Below are positions 61,136 through 64,000 of a DNA stretch of 64,000 nt, piece by piece (the first letter of the stretch is position 1; each line of letters begins with the position of its first letter). The translations under genes were made by a program, and so were the position numbers. Source of the DNA: Piromyces finnis finn (taxonomy: Eukaryota; Fungi; Neocallimastigomycota); NCBI GenBank assembly GCA_002104945.1, contig MCFH01000084.1, positions 62,001 to 126,000 on the forward strand, given 5' to 3'. The notes under the pieces were generated by a model that was given only the letters and a program-made list of their open reading frames with translations, was not told where the DNA came from and made no database searches.

Positions 61136-61559
61136 CTTAATGTTTATTCATATTTATTAAATATTCGTTTCGCTATTATACCAATAAATAAGGATAAATT
61201 TAATTATTTATTTTTTTTATTATATTACATTATATGATTTATATAATTAAAATAAAATATTTATTTCTGTTAGTCAAATCAAAAGGTATGATTTAAAATC
61301 ATTTAATGTTAGTTTTTTGTTGTGCTATGCTATAGATTTTATATATATAAATTTTGGTAATATATAATTAAATTTATTAATAAAAAATAAAATATATAAA
61401 AATTAAAATGAAATATAAATTAATAAAAGAAAACTACATAGTGAGTAAAGAGGACGAATGAGCCTCTAATTCTTTCCATTCCTTGATGATAATTCTTGTA
61501 TATTATAATTATCATTTAATTCTATATCAGAATTTATGAATGCAATTGATTAAGGTAAG

Positions 61560-61790
61560 AAATAATACAATTATAGTTTTTCCATTTGTTGTAATACCTA
61601 ATCTGAGCTAATAAGCATTTTACCAATAACGGAGAACTATTCAAATCTTTTTGAAATGGAATATAAAAATGGAAATGATACATCTTTGAAAATTTTTTTA
61701 TTTTAACAGCATTTAAAATTATAATACATATTATAAAAAAAAAAAATTAAAAAATAAAAAATAAAAAAAAAATATACGTTTAAATAAAAC
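61560..61790 (-). mobile_element. Degenerate LINE family 1-like relic (ORF piece and 3' UTR piece)
   Basis: TTTTTCCATTTGTT...CTGAGCTAA...TTCAAATCTTTT matches ~37320-37400, and TTTTAACAGCAT...TAAAATTATAATACAT matches the 3' terminus. Confidence 0.6.
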
Positions 61791-62468
61791 TTTGAGAACT
61801 ATCGTTAACTCAATAACTATTTAAACTATAATAATTATTCAAACTTTAATGAATTATCATACAATATTTATAAATATTATTCCTTCCAATATAATTTATA
61901 ATATTAATAAGATCATTAAATCATATTACTACTTAAATAATAATAAAAAAAAGAAAATCTAAACTTTTAATACATTTTTTAAATATTTTTTTCAAACACG
62001 ATATTTAAAACATCAACATCCTTAAAAAATTTTATTTTTTAATTTTTAATTTTTATTTATTTTATTTATTTTATTTATTTATATTATTTTGTTTATTTTA
62101 TTTTACTTATTTTATTTACTTACTTGCTTATTATTTATTTATAGTTTTATTTATTCCTTTACTTATTTATTTATTTGTTTATTTACTTATTTTTTTTTAA
62201 AAAAAAAAAAAAGAAATACAGCATCTTTACATTTTTCTGATGATTAATTAATAAACAAGACTATTCCAAATACTTTTCATATATAAACTTAATTTATACC
62301 AATTAAGTAGTGTTTTTGGTTAATCTTTAAAATGCTGTAAATTATATATATATATATATATTATATTCCTTTCAAACTAATGCCCACACATTTGTTATGA
62401 ACATTGTTTTTAACAGAATTTTTTTTAAATTATAATAACTTGTATTTTAAATTTTATACATCAAAAAT

Positions 62469-63953
62469 CTATACATATAATGGAGAAAGAGTTTTAACAA
62501 CCTTGCAGTATTCTTCGTAAGCCTTGTCATAGACAGCAACATTTTCGGCAATTGGGTTAGCGCTCTTTGATTCATCAAGCTTAATGTGTTCAGTGCAAAG
62601 CTTGACAATATCACATTCTCCCTTTTGGCTGTTAAGACACCATAAAGCTTGAACAGCACCACCAAGAGCAGCAGCTTCATCTAAAAGTGGAACTCTAATT
62701 GGAAGGTTCATGATATCAGCAGCAATTTGTCTCCAAAGTGGGGATTTAGAACCACCACCAATAAGACGAATTTCTTTTGGCTTGAAACCTAACTTACGGA
62801 AAGCATCTAATCCACCACGCATAGCGAATACAGCGGATTCGAAACTAGCACGAGTAATGTTAGCACGGTTGGTGTTAGCAGAGGTAAGACCAGTAATGCT
62901 AGCACGACCATTTGGTAAGTTTGGAGTTCTTTCACCATTGAAGAATGGAATAACTAAAACACCTTCACTACCGCATGGAGATTTGGCAGCTTCTTCATTA
63001 AGTTGTTTAATATCCATTTGGAAAAGATCACGAACAAATTCAGTAGCAACAGTACAGTTCATGGTACAAAGTAATGGAAGCCAACCACCAGTAGAGGAAC
63101 AGAAACCACTTAAACCGTTAGCTGGGTCAGCAATTGGCTTGTCACTGTAACCGTAAAGAGTACCAGAAGTACCCATAGACATAGTAAGGAAACCATCAGC
63201 AACAGTACCAGTACCGACGGCACCCATCATATTATCACCACCACCAGCAGAAACTGGAATATCGGCTGGAATACCATAAGCCTTAGCAGCTTCAGCATTA
63301 ACCTTACCAGCTGGAGCACTTGGTTCAATTAACTTTGGAAGTAAACCTAAAAGCTTTGGATCAATAATATCACAAATCTTCTTTGACCAGCAACGGTTCT
63401 TAGAATCAAAGAGAGCAGTACCAGAGGCATCACCATATTCCATAACGTAATCACCAGTAAGTTTCCAGTTTAAGTAATCGTGTGGAAGCATGATGTATTT
63501 TAAAGCATCAAAAGCTTCTGGCTTGTTACGCTTGAGCCAAAGGATCTTTGGAGCAGTAAAACCAGTAAGCATAAGGTTTCCAAGAGCATCAACAACTTCG
63601 TTTTCACCACCAGCAGCTTCAGTGATGATCTTACATTCTTCAACTGTTGAAGTATCACACCAAAGCTTGATGTTGTATAAGGCCTTACCATCAGCACCAA
63701 GTGGAACAAAACCGTGTTGTTGTCCGGAAATACCAATAGCTTCAACAGTCTTTTTGTTTTCAGCACTGAGTTTACCGAAACAAACTTCTAAACCCTTATC
63801 AAACCATTCAGTAGTTTGTTCACGAGTACCATCACTTTCGGAAATTAATTCCATTGGGCAACTGGCAGTTTCAATAATTTCCTTCTTTTCATAGTCGTAT
63901 ATAACGACTTTCATACTTTGTGTTCCAAGATCAATTCCAGCAACAGTTCTCAT
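62469..63953 (-). CDS. xylB: D-xylulokinase (FGGY family), intronless, bacterial-type
   Basis: GIDLGTQSMK, ISGQQHG, TAPKILW, GGGDN, GTSG, PFFNGERTP and GGGSKS motifs; recalled as highly similar to Piromyces XylB. Confidence 0.95.
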   Translation of the reverse strand: MRTVAGIDLGTQSMKVVIYDYEKKEIIETASCPMELISESDGTREQTTEWFDKGLEVCFGKLSAENKKTVEAIGISGQQHGFVPLGADGKALYNIKLWCDTSTVEECKIITEAAGGENEVVDALGNLMLTGFTAPKILWLKRNKPEAFDALKYIMLPHDYLNWKLTGDYVMEYGDASGTALFDSKNRCWSKKICDIIDPKLLGLLPKLIEPSAPAGKVNAEAAKAYGIPADIPVSAGGGDNMMGAVGTGTVADGFLTMSMGTSGTLYGYSDKPIADPANGLSGFCSSTGGWLPLLCTMNCTVATEFVRDLFQMDIKQLNEEAAKSPCGSEGVLVIPFFNGERTPNLPNGRASITGLTSANTNRANITRASFESAVFAMRGGLDAFRKLGFKPKEIRLIGGGSKSPLWRQIAADIMNLPIRVPLLDEAAALGGAVQALWCLNSQKGECDIVKLCTEHIKLDESKSANPIAENVAVYDKAYEEYCKVVKTLSPLYV

Positions 63954-64000
63954 TTTATTTACCTTTTTACTTTTCTTTTTAAATAAATTTAAAATTTTTT

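Noticed and set aside
62447-63894. ORFs overlapping xylB
   Set aside because: Antisense or alternative-frame shadows of a GC-richer gene.

Overview
Very AT-rich eukaryotic DNA, almost certainly from an anaerobic gut fungus (Neocallimastigomycota). The basis is a xylulokinase I recognise as close to Piromyces XylB, a spliced CotH kinase gene, ankyrin arrays and GT-AG introns. Host-type genes: degraded ankyrin gene(s), an aldo/keto reductase, a 4-exon divergent ATG8 missed by the ORF track, a 3-exon CotH gene, four near-identical GPH/MFS sugar symporters and xylB. Mobile DNA: two Ty3/gypsy chromovirus remnants, two LINE families and MITE-like inverted repeats. Three observations stand out. (1) An intact, intronless 814-aa trifunctional mRNA capping enzyme (triphosphatase-guanylyltransferase-N7 methyltransferase) of the giant-virus/yeast linear-plasmid type lies alone among host genes. 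(2) The GPH transporters have a permuted helix order (TM1-5, 8-11, 6-7, 12). (3) A LINE family has repeatedly inserted into the 5' ends of its own copies, forming a nest that can be reconstructed from four target-site duplications, and it carries structured ~124-bp 5' monomers. All family assignments come from motif recognition; no database searches were run.
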